30,015 nucleotides of DNA from Chthoniobacteraceae bacterium (GCA_031409655.1 JANNXQ010000060.1:1-30015), one strand, 5' to 3'; counted from the first letter of the stretch, positions 18,426-27,845 are shown. Notes: generated from the sequence alone by a model not told the origin. Made by a program: numbers and translations.

Positions 18426-19373
18426 ATGCACCGCCGCACGTTTCTCAAGCAATCCGCCGCCGCGGTCGCGGGCTTGGCCATCGCCCCGCAGGACAGCGCC
18501 GCCGCCGCGCCCGCCTCGCGGATCGTCGATACCCACACCCATTTCTACGATCCGACACGGGCTGGCGGGGTGCCGTGGCCCGAGAGTAAGTCGCCACTCT
18601 ACCGGACGGTGCTCCCGGGCGACTGGCTCGCCGTCGCCAAGCCGCAAGGGGTCGCGCAAACCGTCGTCGTCGAGGCCAGTAAATTGGTGGAGGACAATGC
18701 CTGGATTTTGGAGGTCGCGGCGCGGGAGAAATGCATCGTCGGATTCGTCGGGAATCTGGCACCGCAAGATCCCGAATTCGCCCTGCACCTGAAGCGCTTC
18801 GCGGCAAATCCGATCTTCCGCGGCATCCGCGTCTCGGGCGCCGCCTTCCTCGAACGCGTGGACGATCCGACCTTCCGCGCCGGGCTGTCCCTCCTCACGG
18901 ATCACGATCTCTCGCTTGATCTGAATGGTCCTCCGAAGCTGCTCTTCGCGGCAGCGCGACTCGCCCCCGATTTTCCCGCGCTCCGGATCATCATCGATCA
19001 CGTCGGCAGTGCGGGTGATCCGACGCGGCTCACCGCGGATTGGCGCGAGGGGATGGAAGCGCTCGGCAAGCGGAGCAACGTGGCGTGCAAGGTCTCCGGG
19101 CTCATCGAGCAGACGGATGCGGCGAAGCAACGCTGGGGTGAAGCGCCGCGCGACACGTCTTACTTCGTGCCCATCCTCGATCATTGCCGGGAGTGCTTCG
19201 GCCCCGAGCGCTTGCTCTACGGGAGCAATTGGCCGGTCTGCGAAAAGGGCGGCACTTACGCGGATCAGTTCCGCATCGTGAACGAATACTTCACCGGCCA
19301 GGGCACGGAGGCCTGCGAGAAATTCTTCTGGAAAAATTCGCGCGCCTTTTACCGCTGGATCGAGCGCGTCTGA
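18426..19373 (+). CDS. Tat-exported amidohydrolase_2 family protein (sugar-lactonase-like)
   Basis: MHRRTFLKQ Tat motif; IVDTHTHF; FRGIR; IIIDH; CKVSGL; FGPERLLYGSNWPV. Confidence 0.88.
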   Translation: MHRRTFLKQSAAAVAGLAIAPQDSAAAAPASRIVDTHTHFYDPTRAGGVPWPESKSPLYRTVLPGDWLAVAKPQGVAQTVVVEASKLVEDNAWILEVAAREKCIVGFVGNLAPQDPEFALHLKRFAANPIFRGIRVSGAAFLERVDDPTFRAGLSLLTDHDLSLDLNGPPKLLFAAARLAPDFPALRIIIDHVGSAGDPTRLTADWREGMEALGKRSNVACKVSGLIEQTDAAKQRWGEAPRDTSYFVPILDHCRECFGPERLLYGSNWPVCEKGGTYADQFRIVNEYFTGQGTEACEKFFWKNSRAFYRWIERV

Positions 19374-19381
19374 GGCGCCCC

Positions 19382-20098
19382 CTACTCCTTCGAGGCTGCG
19401 GCGAAATGCAGCCGCGCGCACTGCCACATGTAGGCGGGGCCGCCTTCGGCACTCCGGCCCCACGGGCTCGCGACGGCCTTCGCGAGGAGTTCGAGGGCCC
19501 GGGGTTTGTGGCCGAGCAGGAGTTCATTGAGGCCGCCGTAGTAGTTGGCGAAAAAGATCACCGAGCCTTCGCCCCCGAGCTTCTTCGCTTCGATCTCGGC
19601 GAAGAGTTCGTCGGTCGTTTTTTTGCCCGCGAGCATTTCGTAAAGTGACGGGAAGGGTTCGCGATCGAAGCGCTGGTATTCGAGCATCTGCGTGCGTGCT
19701 TTTTCCAGACCCACGAGCTTCACGTCGGCGAGAAATTTCCAGATGCCATTCTCCCGATCGCGAGCGTCGTAGTCGTGATACTTCTCAAACTGCCGCGCGG
19801 ACTTCGCGAAATCGCCGGAGAAATGATACGCGATCCCGAGCCGCCAGTGCGGCGCATCCTGCGCCGGGTCGAGAGCGATCATCTTCTCGAAATCGACGAC
19901 CGACTTGGCGAAATGCCCGAGGAACAAATGCCGATCACCGCGCCGCGAATAGAGCGCGACTTGATCCGGCGTTTTGGCGAGCGCGGCGTCCAGTTCCGCA
20001 ACTTCCTTTTCAAACGCGGCCAGCATCTCGGAAGCTGGTGCGGAAAACCCGTGAGCGAAGAGCGAGACGCTGATGAAGATCGAGAGCAGGAGTTTCAT
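19382..20098 (-). CDS. Exported TPR protein (NlpI-like)
   Basis: Signal peptide MKLLLSIFISVSLFAHG; TPR-like YSRRGDRHLFLGHFAKSVVDFEKMIALDP and WRLGIAYHFSGDF; DRENGIW. Confidence 0.78.
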   Translation of the reverse strand: MKLLLSIFISVSLFAHGFSAPASEMLAAFEKEVAELDAALAKTPDQVALYSRRGDRHLFLGHFAKSVVDFEKMIALDPAQDAPHWRLGIAYHFSGDFAKSARQFEKYHDYDARDRENGIWKFLADVKLVGLEKARTQMLEYQRFDREPFPSLYEMLAGKKTTDELFAEIEAKKLGGEGSVIFFANYYGGLNELLLGHKPRALELLAKAVASPWGRSAEGGPAYMWQCARLHFAAASKE

Positions 20099-20134
20099 AG
20101 AGCAGCCGAACATGGAGTGGTTCCTCATCCGCGG

Positions 20135-21943
20135 CTATCTCCCGAGTTGCTTCCGCAGCGCCGCCAGATTCTCCACCACCACCTTGTCGGAAGGATTGAT
20201 CCACAGGGCGTGCTCCAGATTGGCGATGGCATCCGAGTAGCGGGTCATCTTCACCTCGACGATCCCGAGTGCGTTGAAGGCTTTCCAATCCCAGCGGTCG
20301 GCGTCGATCGCGGCGCGCAGCGCGGCCGCGGAATCCGCGAGGCGCCCCTGCCGCACATAGACGTCGGCGAGGATTCGCCAGGTGACGGCGGAGCCCGAGC
20401 GGATCTCGAGGGACTGGCGGAGGAGCCGCTCGGCATCCGTGAATCGGCCCACCTTCATGAGGACGTTGCCGAGATTGTGGTAGGAGCCGGAGTCTTTCGG
20501 GATCAGGTCGCGCACGCGCTCGAGATCGCGGATCGCTTCATCCGGGCGTCCGGTCCGCTCGGCATCCAGGGCGATCTCGGTGATGAAATACGGGTAGTCC
20601 GGGTAGAGCACCCGGCCGCGCTGATACTGTTCGATGATCTCTGCCCGCGGACGTTTCGCGATCATCAGCGCCGTGGCCATCTCGCGGAAGACGATCGGGT
20701 GATCGCCGACGACCGACCGCGCATGGGTGAAAAGCGCGATCCCATTTTCCCACACCCGGATCTGCTGCACGGTGCGGACGAAGCAGCCGACCAGCACGAG
20801 CGCGGCGACGGCAGCGAGGAGCGGGCGCGCGCGCGGCCAGCGCTGGAGCCACTCGGCGCCTGCCCAGGCGATGATCGTGTAGATGCCGAGCAGCGGCACG
20901 TAGGTGTAGCGGTCGGCCATGGATTGCGCGCCGACCTGGACCAGCCCGATGACGGGCACCAGCGTGCCGAGATACCAGCACCAGCCGAAGAGCAGCCAGC
21001 GCTGGCGTTCGCGCTCCCGCCAGACCAGCCAACTCGCGACGCCGAAGAGGGCCACGGAGCCGAGCAGCACGGGCCACGGCCACCAGCCGGGATGCGGGTA
21101 AATGGGCGAGAGGGAATCCGGCCAGACCATCTTGCCGAGATACCGCGCGTAGGCCACGAAGGCATTCCCCACGCGCATCGGGTTGGTGATATTCTGCCCG
21201 TACTCGGTGGCCCCAGCGTCGTGCTGGACATACATGGTGATGGCACTCCCGAAGACGGCGAGCCCGAGCAGCGGCACTTTTTCCAAAATGAGCGCCCGCC
21301 AGCCCCGCGCGGGCCAGCGGTTGAGCGGCCAGTAGTCCAGGAGCAGGAGCGTGCAGGGCAAGGTGACGACCATCGGCTTGGCCATGAAGGCGAAGGCAAA
21401 GCCGGCGGCCACTGCGGCGTAGCGGGCGCGCGAGGGCCGCGCCACCCAGCGCGCGTAGGCGAGGATGGTGAGGAGCCACAGGGCGGTGCTCAGCACATCT
21501 TTCCTCTCCGAGATCCACGCCACGGACTCCACGCGCTGAGGATGCAGGGCGAAAAGCGCGGCCACGAAGGCGCTCGGCCAGAGCGCACCGCTGAGCCGGC
21601 GCCAGACGAGGAAGACGAGCGCGGTATTCAGCGTGTGCCAGAGGATGCTCACCCAATGCGCGGGCCCCGCGGCGAGGCCGAAGAGGGTGACATCCAGCAT
21701 GTGGCTGAGCGACGTGAGCGGATGCCAGTTGGCGCCATGCACCGCGGTGAAGGCCCAGTAAAATGCCGCCTCGCGCAGGCCGAGGTTGACCATCGGATTG
21801 CTCGTCACATAGCTCGGATCATCGTAGCCCACCCAGCCGCACGAGCCCGCCGTCCAGAACGCCGCCAGGGTGAGCGCCACGAGCCCGGCCACGATCAGCG
21901 GCGCCATCGGCCACCCGCCCCGCGCTCGCTCCTCGGGCTTCAC
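20135..21943 (-). CDS. TMTC-like GT-C membrane glycosyltransferase with C-terminal TPRs (paralog 2)
   Basis: GWVGYDDPSYV, NWHPLT, LFALHPQRVESVAWISERKDVL, KPMVVTLP, ADRYTYVP, about 10 TM helices, then TPRs. GTG start overlaps the paralog-1 stop. Confidence 0.85.
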   Translation of the reverse strand: MKPEERARGGWPMAPLIVAGLVALTLAAFWTAGSCGWVGYDDPSYVTSNPMVNLGLREAAFYWAFTAVHGANWHPLTSLSHMLDVTLFGLAAGPAHWVSILWHTLNTALVFLVWRRLSGALWPSAFVAALFALHPQRVESVAWISERKDVLSTALWLLTILAYARWVARPSRARYAAVAAGFAFAFMAKPMVVTLPCTLLLLDYWPLNRWPARGWRALILEKVPLLGLAVFGSAITMYVQHDAGATEYGQNITNPMRVGNAFVAYARYLGKMVWPDSLSPIYPHPGWWPWPVLLGSVALFGVASWLVWRERERQRWLLFGWCWYLGTLVPVIGLVQVGAQSMADRYTYVPLLGIYTIIAWAGAEWLQRWPRARPLLAAVAALVLVGCFVRTVQQIRVWENGIALFTHARSVVGDHPIVFREMATALMIAKRPRAEIIEQYQRGRVLYPDYPYFITEIALDAERTGRPDEAIRDLERVRDLIPKDSGSYHNLGNVLMKVGRFTDAERLLRQSLEIRSGSAVTWRILADVYVRQGRLADSAAALRAAIDADRWDWKAFNALGIVEVKMTRYSDAIANLEHALWINPSDKVVVENLAALRKQLGR

Positions 21944-23724
21944 TTCTGCAGTCCCATGCGGTCGCGGAGCTGTTGGAGATTGCCGTCGATGCCGGCCCCT
22001 TTCGGATGGATCCAGCGCGCATGTTCGAGGCTCGCGAGCCCAGCGGAGAAACGATCGAGGTGGGTGTAAACGACCCCGAGATCATTGTGGGCCCGCCAGT
22101 CCCAACGATCGCACCGGACGGACTCCTGCAAGGACGCGCGCGCCTCGGCCAGCCGGCCCTGCTTCACGTGGAGCTGGGCGACCAGCCGGTGCATCGACGA
22201 CATATCCCAGCGCATCGCGAGTCCCTTTTGCAGGTACTCCATGGCTTTATCGGACTCGCCTTTCATCATGTAAAAGTTGCCGAGATTTCCGTACGTCCCC
22301 GCTTCCTTCGGCACGCGGTCCCGCGCCCTCTCCAGCATCTTCTGCGCTTCATCCCAGCGCTTCGCCCGGGCCGCGGCGAAGCCCAGCTCCGTCATAAAAT
22401 AGGCGTCCTCGGGATCGAGCTTCAGACCGAGTGCATACTGCGCATTGACCTCCGCCTCGGGCCGCATCTGGAGGATCAGCGCCTTCGCGAGTTCCCGCCG
22501 GATGATGACGTGATCGCCCACCACTTTCATCGCGTTGGTCATAAGGCCCCAGCCTTCCTTCCAGACTGGGATGTGCAGAAAGGTGCGGACGGAACACGCG
22601 ACCAAAGCCGCCACGGCCAATCCCGTCAGCAGACCGCGCAGCGCCGGCCGGCGTTCCGCCAGTTCCATCCCCGCCCAGGCGAGCATCGTGAAAATGCCGA
22701 GGAAGGGAACGTAGGTGTAACGATCCGCCATCGACTGCGCGCCGACCTGCAAGAGGCCGATGACGGGCACCAGCGTGCCGAGATACCAGCACCACCCGAA
22801 GGCCAGCCAACGGCGCTTTTCACGCTCCCGCCAGACCACCCAACTGATCGCGCAAAAGATCACCGTCGCACCGAGGATCGCCCACACCGGCCACCAGCCC
22901 GGATGCGGATAAAAGCACGACATCTCCTCCGGCCACCACATCTTGCCGAGATAGCGCGAGTAGGAGACGAGCGCATTCCCGATGCGCATCCCGTAGTTCA
23001 CCTTCTCGCCGAAATCCGTCGCCCCCTCCCCGCGCTGGACGATCATGGTGTGGACGCTGAGCGCGACCACGAGCAGGAAGAGCGGGGCCTTTTCCCAGAC
23101 CAGCGCGCGCCACGTCCGGCCCGGCCAGCGACCCAGCGGCCAGTAATCCAGAAGCAGCAGCGTGCAGGGCAGGGTGACCGTCATCGGCTTGGACAACAGC
23201 GCGAGCGCGGCGCCGATGGCCACCAGCGCGTAGCGGCGCCGGCTCGGAGCTTCGACCCAGCGCAAATAGGCAAGGATGGTGAGCAACCAAAAGGCGGTGC
23301 TCAGGACATCTTTGCGCTCCGAGATCCAGGCCACGGATTCCACATGGAGCGGATGCAGCGCGAAAAGCGCGGCGACAAAAGCGCTCGGCCAGAGCGCCCC
23401 GCTCATCCGCCGCCAGACGAGGAAGACGAGCACGGTATTGAGAATGTGCCAGGCCACGTTTTCCCAATGCATCGGCCCCGGTTGAACGCCAAAGAGGGTG
23501 ACGTCCAGCATGTGACTGAGCGAGGTCAGCGGGTGCCAGTTCGCACCGTGGACGGAGGTGAACGCCCAGCCCACCGCGGCTTCCCGCAGCCCTTGATTGA
23601 CCATCGGCTGCATCGAGACGTAGCTCGTGTCATCGTAGCTCACAAACCCCAGATCATGGACCGGCCAGTAGGTGGCAAAGGTCACGGCGACAAGCGCCAG
23701 AATGATCAGCAGGGGGCGGGGCAT
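21940..23724 (-). CDS. TMTC-like GT-C membrane glycosyltransferase with C-terminal TPRs (paralog 1)
   Basis: GFVSYDDTSYV, NWHPLT, LFALHPLHVESVAWISERKDVL, KPMTVTLP, ADRYTYVP, then TPRs. ATG 23724 chosen as start. Confidence 0.85.
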   Translation of the reverse strand: MPRPLLIILALVAVTFATYWPVHDLGFVSYDDTSYVSMQPMVNQGLREAAVGWAFTSVHGANWHPLTSLSHMLDVTLFGVQPGPMHWENVAWHILNTVLVFLVWRRMSGALWPSAFVAALFALHPLHVESVAWISERKDVLSTAFWLLTILAYLRWVEAPSRRRYALVAIGAALALLSKPMTVTLPCTLLLLDYWPLGRWPGRTWRALVWEKAPLFLLVVALSVHTMIVQRGEGATDFGEKVNYGMRIGNALVSYSRYLGKMWWPEEMSCFYPHPGWWPVWAILGATVIFCAISWVVWREREKRRWLAFGWCWYLGTLVPVIGLLQVGAQSMADRYTYVPFLGIFTMLAWAGMELAERRPALRGLLTGLAVAALVACSVRTFLHIPVWKEGWGLMTNAMKVVGDHVIIRRELAKALILQMRPEAEVNAQYALGLKLDPEDAYFMTELGFAAARAKRWDEAQKMLERARDRVPKEAGTYGNLGNFYMMKGESDKAMEYLQKGLAMRWDMSSMHRLVAQLHVKQGRLAEARASLQESVRCDRWDWRAHNDLGVVYTHLDRFSAGLASLEHARWIHPKGAGIDGNLQQLRDRMGLQK

Positions 23725-23802
23725 CGGGCCGGGACACTGCCAAGGGAATGCGCCCGTGCCAAGCGGCGAGGTGCGCAAAAGGCCCGCTGGGTCGGGGCGC
23801 GC

Positions 23803-24792
23803 TTACTCCGCAAAGACCGCCGTGTGCACGGTGCCGTCGGCGTCGAGCCAGGCGCGGAACATCCCGGGGGTATTGAAGGGCATGGCAATGCGGCCTGCCG
23901 CATCGACAGCGATGAGGCCGCCGGTGCCGCCGAGCTTTGGGAGCTTTTCGTGAATGATCTCGCGGGTCGCCTCGGCGAGTGAAGCACCGCGGTAGCGCAT
24001 CCGCGCGAGCACGTCGGAGGCGACGACGGCGCGGATGAAAAATTCGCCGTGGCCGGTGCAGGAGACAGCCGCGATGCCGTCCTCCGCGAAAGTGCCCGCG
24101 CCGATGAGCGGGGAATCGCCGACGCGGCCCGCGCGTTTGTTCGTCATGCCGCCGGTGGAAGTCGCGGCGGCGAGATGGCCCTGCCGATCAAGCGCCACCG
24201 CGCCGACGGTGCCGATGCGCAGCGCGGGTTCGTCTGCTGCGTCGGCCTGGCCCGCTTTTGCTTTCGCCCGCTCAAGCCGCTCCTGCTGCTCAGGTGTGAT
24301 GAAGTACTCCGATGGCGCAAACTCGACGCCCTGCTCGCGGGCAAATGCCTCCGCGCCGGCACCGATGAGCAGGACGTGCGGCGTCCGTTCCATCACCAGT
24401 CGGGCGGTGCGGATGGGATTCCGGATGCCCTGCACGCCGGCGACCGCGCCCGCCTGGCCAGTGCGTCCGTCCATGATCGAGGCATCGAGTTCCACCGTGC
24501 CCGCCGCGGTGAGCACGGCACCGCGCCCGGCATTGAAGAGTGGCGAATCCTCCAGCACGACCACCGCCGCCTGCACCGCATCGAGACTACTGCCGCCGCT
24601 TTGCAGGATCTTTCCGCCCGCGCGCAAGGCCTCCTCCAGCACGCGCCGGCACGCGGCTTCCTTTTCCGGCGGGAGTTCTTTCGGGGAAATCCCCGCGCCG
24701 CCGTGGATGACGAGGGCGATCGGCGGATCGGCAGCGGTGGCGGCGGAGAGCGGCATGGCGAGGAGGAGGGCGATGGAGAGAAAAAGTTTCAT
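23803..24792 (-). CDS. iaaA: Isoaspartyl peptidase/L-asparaginase (Ntn hydrolase, IaaA type) with signal peptide
   Basis: IHGGAG, LEDSPLFNAGRG, ELDASIMDG, GTVGAVA (nucleophile Thr), ATSTGG, GRVGDSP, TGHGE. ATG 24792 overlaps the cyanophycinase stop (ATGA). Confidence 0.93.
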   Translation of the reverse strand: MKLFLSIALLLAMPLSAATAADPPIALVIHGGAGISPKELPPEKEAACRRVLEEALRAGGKILQSGGSSLDAVQAAVVVLEDSPLFNAGRGAVLTAAGTVELDASIMDGRTGQAGAVAGVQGIRNPIRTARLVMERTPHVLLIGAGAEAFAREQGVEFAPSEYFITPEQQERLERAKAKAGQADAADEPALRIGTVGAVALDRQGHLAAATSTGGMTNKRAGRVGDSPLIGAGTFAEDGIAAVSCTGHGEFFIRAVVASDVLARMRYRGASLAEATREIIHEKLPKLGGTGGLIAVDAAGRIAMPFNTPGMFRAWLDADGTVHTAVFAE

Positions 24793-25607
24793 GGGAGGGA
24801 GGTCGGCTGCCAGCTCTGACCCGCACGGAGCACGTGGAGGCGCACGTCGCTGGCGGCGGGCGGAGCTTTCGCGAGGGGTTCTGCAGAAACGGTGCGGCGC
24901 GCATCGAGGATCATCACGCTGCTCGCGCCGAGCACTTCCCAGCGGCCCGCCGAGACGACGACCGCGGTGCCTTCGTCGATGCCCACGCCGATCTTCCCGG
25001 GGTGATCGAGCACTGCGCTGAGCAGGCGATTGAAGCGCTGCCGCTTGAGAAAATGCTGATCGACGATGACCTCTGGCCACAGCCCGAGGCCGGGCGCTGT
25101 CTTCGTGGCGGTGGGCGTGAGGCTCTGCAAATCCGCTTCCCCCGTGAGCATGATCCTGGAGAGCGCGGCCGCTCCCGCGCTGGTGCCGCCGACCACGGCG
25201 CCCTCGCGATACCGCGCGCGGATCACGTCCTCGAGACCAGCCTCGTGGAGTGCCGTCATGAGTTTGTTCTGATCGCCCCCCGGAAACCAGATGACGCGCG
25301 CGTCTTCGAGAGTCCGCCGCGCCGCGTCCACTGCCACGAGATCGACCACACTCACTGCGGTCGCGCCGATTTCCCGCCACATCGCCGCCGATTTTTCACC
25401 CGAGTCCGGCAGCGCCGAAGCCTGCGGCAGGATAGCCACCGGCGCGGTCACCCCACCCGCCAGCACGAGCGCCCGCTGGATGATGGCCGAATCCGTCTTC
25501 CCGCCTCCGATCGCGACGAGATGCCCCCGCGCCTCCTCTGCGGCAGCGGCGCGTGGCCCGCCGAGGCCGAGCGCGATGCCGAGGCAGAGGAGAAAGCGGC
25601 AACTCAT
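24789..25607 (-). CDS. cphB: Cyanophycinase (peptidase S51) with signal peptide
   Basis: LVAIGGG, FPGGDQ, GTSAGA (catalytic Ser), DQHFLKRQRFNRL (His plus three Arg) and GIDE (Glu). Confidence 0.88.
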   Translation of the reverse strand: MSCRFLLCLGIALGLGGPRAAAAEEARGHLVAIGGGKTDSAIIQRALVLAGGVTAPVAILPQASALPDSGEKSAAMWREIGATAVSVVDLVAVDAARRTLEDARVIWFPGGDQNKLMTALHEAGLEDVIRARYREGAVVGGTSAGAAALSRIMLTGEADLQSLTPTATKTAPGLGLWPEVIVDQHFLKRQRFNRLLSAVLDHPGKIGVGIDEGTAVVVSAGRWEVLGASSVMILDARRTVSAEPLAKAPPAASDVRLHVLRAGQSWQPTSLP

Positions 25608-27358
25608 CGCGCGGTGAGCTGAGGCGCAGCCGTAGGGGCGCGCGGATCGAGGAAATTATTCTCGCAGAGCCGCGCGTAGATCCCGCCGGCGGCGAGCAAT
25701 TCCTCATGCCGCCCGCGCTCGACGATGCGGCCGCGATCCAGCACCAGGATTTGATCGGCGTGGCGCACGGTCGAGAGGCGATGCGCGATGACGAAGCTCG
25801 TCCGCGCCGTCATCAGGCGATCGAGCGCTTCCTGGATGAGTCGCTCGGTCTGCGTATCCACGCTCGCCGTGGCTTCGTCGAGGATGAGGATCGGCGGATC
25901 CTTGAGCAGAGCGCGGGCAATCGAGACGCGCTGCTTTTCGCCGACGCTCAGCTTCACCCCACGCTCGCCAACCACGGTGGCGAGACCTTCCGGCAGACGC
26001 TCGATGAAGCTGCGCGCATTGGCAGAGTCGAGCGCTTCCCAGAGTTCGGCGTCGGTCGCGGTCGGTTTGCCGAGGCGGAGGTTGTCACGGATGGAGCCGT
26101 TGAAGAGGAAGCTCTCCTGCGTGACCATGCCGACCGCGCTGCGCAGGGCGCTCTTGGAGAAATCGCGGATCGGTTTTCCGTCGATGAGGATTTCGCCCGC
26201 GTCGAATTCGTAAAAGCGCGTGAGGAGCTGGACGATCGTCGATTTCCCCGCGCCGGTGTGGCCGACCAGCGCGACCGTTTCGCCGGACTGCGCGTGGAGC
26301 GAGATGTGATGCAGCACCGGGAGATCTTCGCTGTAGGAAAAGCTCACATTCTGGAAGCGCACATCGCCCACGATCTCCACCCGCTCATCCTGCTCGACGC
26401 GCCCCGGCTCCGCGGCCGTGTCGAGAATCTCAAAGACCCGCTCCCCCGCCGCACGTCCGGATTGAATGAGCTGATTGAGCGAATGCAGCTTGCCCACCGG
26501 CTCATACAGCGCGCCGACGAGCCAAAGGAACGCCACGAGATCACCGACGCCCATCGTCCCATCGAGCACCGCGCGTCCGCCAAAGCCGAGCACCAGCACC
26601 GCGCCGCACGCGCCGAAGAAACTCATCGACGGCTGATACACCGCCCACACCTTCATCACCACGAGCGTGGCCTCGCGGAGTTGCCCACTCACGCCATTGA
26701 AACGCCCATGTTCCTCGTGCTCGCGCACGTAGGTTTTGATCTGCCGGATGCCCGCGAGATTGTCGTGCAGCAGTGAATTCATCGCCGACGAAGCCTTGCG
26801 CTGCATCCGATAACGGCGATGCGCCGTGAGCGTATAAGCCAGCGCCCCGCCAATGAGGAAGGGCAGCGGTGCGAGCGACCACAGCGCGAGGGTCGCGTTG
26901 TAGTGAAAGAGCATCGCCGCCACGATCGCGATCTGGAGCACCGCCACGATGCCCATCTCGATACCATCGATGAGCACGCGCTCCACGCTCGTCACGTCTT
27001 CGAGCAGCCGCGTCATGATGTCCCCCGTCGCGCGATCGTCGAACCACTTCAACGGCAACTGCTGGATGTGCGCGTAAAGATCGCTGCGCAGATCGAAGAT
27101 CACCTTCTGCTCGAAGGTATTGTTCAGCACGATCCGCAGCGCATTAAAAACATCGCGCACCAGAAACGCCCCCGCCGCGATGAGCACCAGCGTCACGAGC
27201 CGCTCGCCGCGCCCGTCGCGCACGTCGTCGATAATGACCTGCGTCACCTTCGGAAAGACCACCACCATCGCCGTCGAGAGCAGCGCACACCCCAGCGTCC
27301 CCGCGGCCATCCAGGGATAGCGACGAGCATAGGCAAAAACGCGGAGGACAGTTTTCAT
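25604..27358 (-). CDS. ABC exporter, fused TMD-NBD half transporter
   Basis: TM domain; GHTGAGKST; LSVGEKQR; ILILDEAT; IAHRL. Its stop overlaps the cyanophycinase ATG. Confidence 0.93.
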   Translation of the reverse strand: MKTVLRVFAYARRYPWMAAGTLGCALLSTAMVVVFPKVTQVIIDDVRDGRGERLVTLVLIAAGAFLVRDVFNALRIVLNNTFEQKVIFDLRSDLYAHIQQLPLKWFDDRATGDIMTRLLEDVTSVERVLIDGIEMGIVAVLQIAIVAAMLFHYNATLALWSLAPLPFLIGGALAYTLTAHRRYRMQRKASSAMNSLLHDNLAGIRQIKTYVREHEEHGRFNGVSGQLREATLVVMKVWAVYQPSMSFFGACGAVLVLGFGGRAVLDGTMGVGDLVAFLWLVGALYEPVGKLHSLNQLIQSGRAAGERVFEILDTAAEPGRVEQDERVEIVGDVRFQNVSFSYSEDLPVLHHISLHAQSGETVALVGHTGAGKSTIVQLLTRFYEFDAGEILIDGKPIRDFSKSALRSAVGMVTQESFLFNGSIRDNLRLGKPTATDAELWEALDSANARSFIERLPEGLATVVGERGVKLSVGEKQRVSIARALLKDPPILILDEATASVDTQTERLIQEALDRLMTARTSFVIAHRLSTVRHADQILVLDRGRIVERGRHEELLAAGGIYARLCENNFLDPRAPTAAPQLTAR

Positions 27359-27486
27359 GGTAAGAACGCCCATCATCGGCGCGCAGCGCGCCGACGCAAG
27401 GAGCGGCGTGCGTCCCGCCGCCGAACCACTCCATTAGAGATCGCCTCATTACGGCCCCACATTCACCCGCACGCGGCCGAAGCGTT

Positions 27487-27845
27487 TCCCCGACGCGCTT
27501 TTGCGCCGTGCGATCGCGATGCTGATTGGCGAGGTAGTGGCAGAACGCCGAAAGCAAAAACGTGCAAAATCTCCCGCGTTTCCGATCCGCCCGCGCGATC
27601 CCATTTTGCGCCAGCAATCCCGCGATGAACCCCTGCGTAAAATCCTGCGCATCCTCCGGCAAATGCCCCTTGCGCCGCGCAAAGTGATACACCGACCGCC
27701 AATAATCCCGGCACAGACTCTACAGCGCCTCGTGCGCATCCGCCGCCGTCGGATCGCCCGCCAGAATCACGCGACTCCAGCGCGTGGTCAGGAATCCGCC
27801 GCGAGCATCAATGGGTTCGGGTTCGTTGCATTCTTCGGCAGGCAC
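27487..27845 (-). pseudogene. Truncated ECF sigma factor (PVC-type, region 2 only) with an internal stop
   Basis: Reads ...GGFLTTRWSRVILAG...AHEAL*SLCRDYWRSVYHFARRKGHLPEDAQDFTQGF...ADRKRGRFCTFLL...AQKRVG. TAG at 27722-27720; similarity is lost at about 27487, with no region 4. Confidence 0.82.

Noticed and set aside
15911..23982. Very long opposite-strand ORFs (15911-18154, 19775-22069, 21973-23982; likewise 1318-3090, 7163-9139, 10398-11921, 27501-29072)
   Set aside because: Antisense shadows of well-supported high-GC genes, with no recognisable motifs.
5904..27722. In-frame TGA/TAG codons in the two pseudogenes as selenocysteine, pyrrolysine or stop-codon reassignment
   Set aside because: TAG and TGA end many intact genes here (for example 11780, 12484, 18415, 17782), and both loci show other signs of decay.
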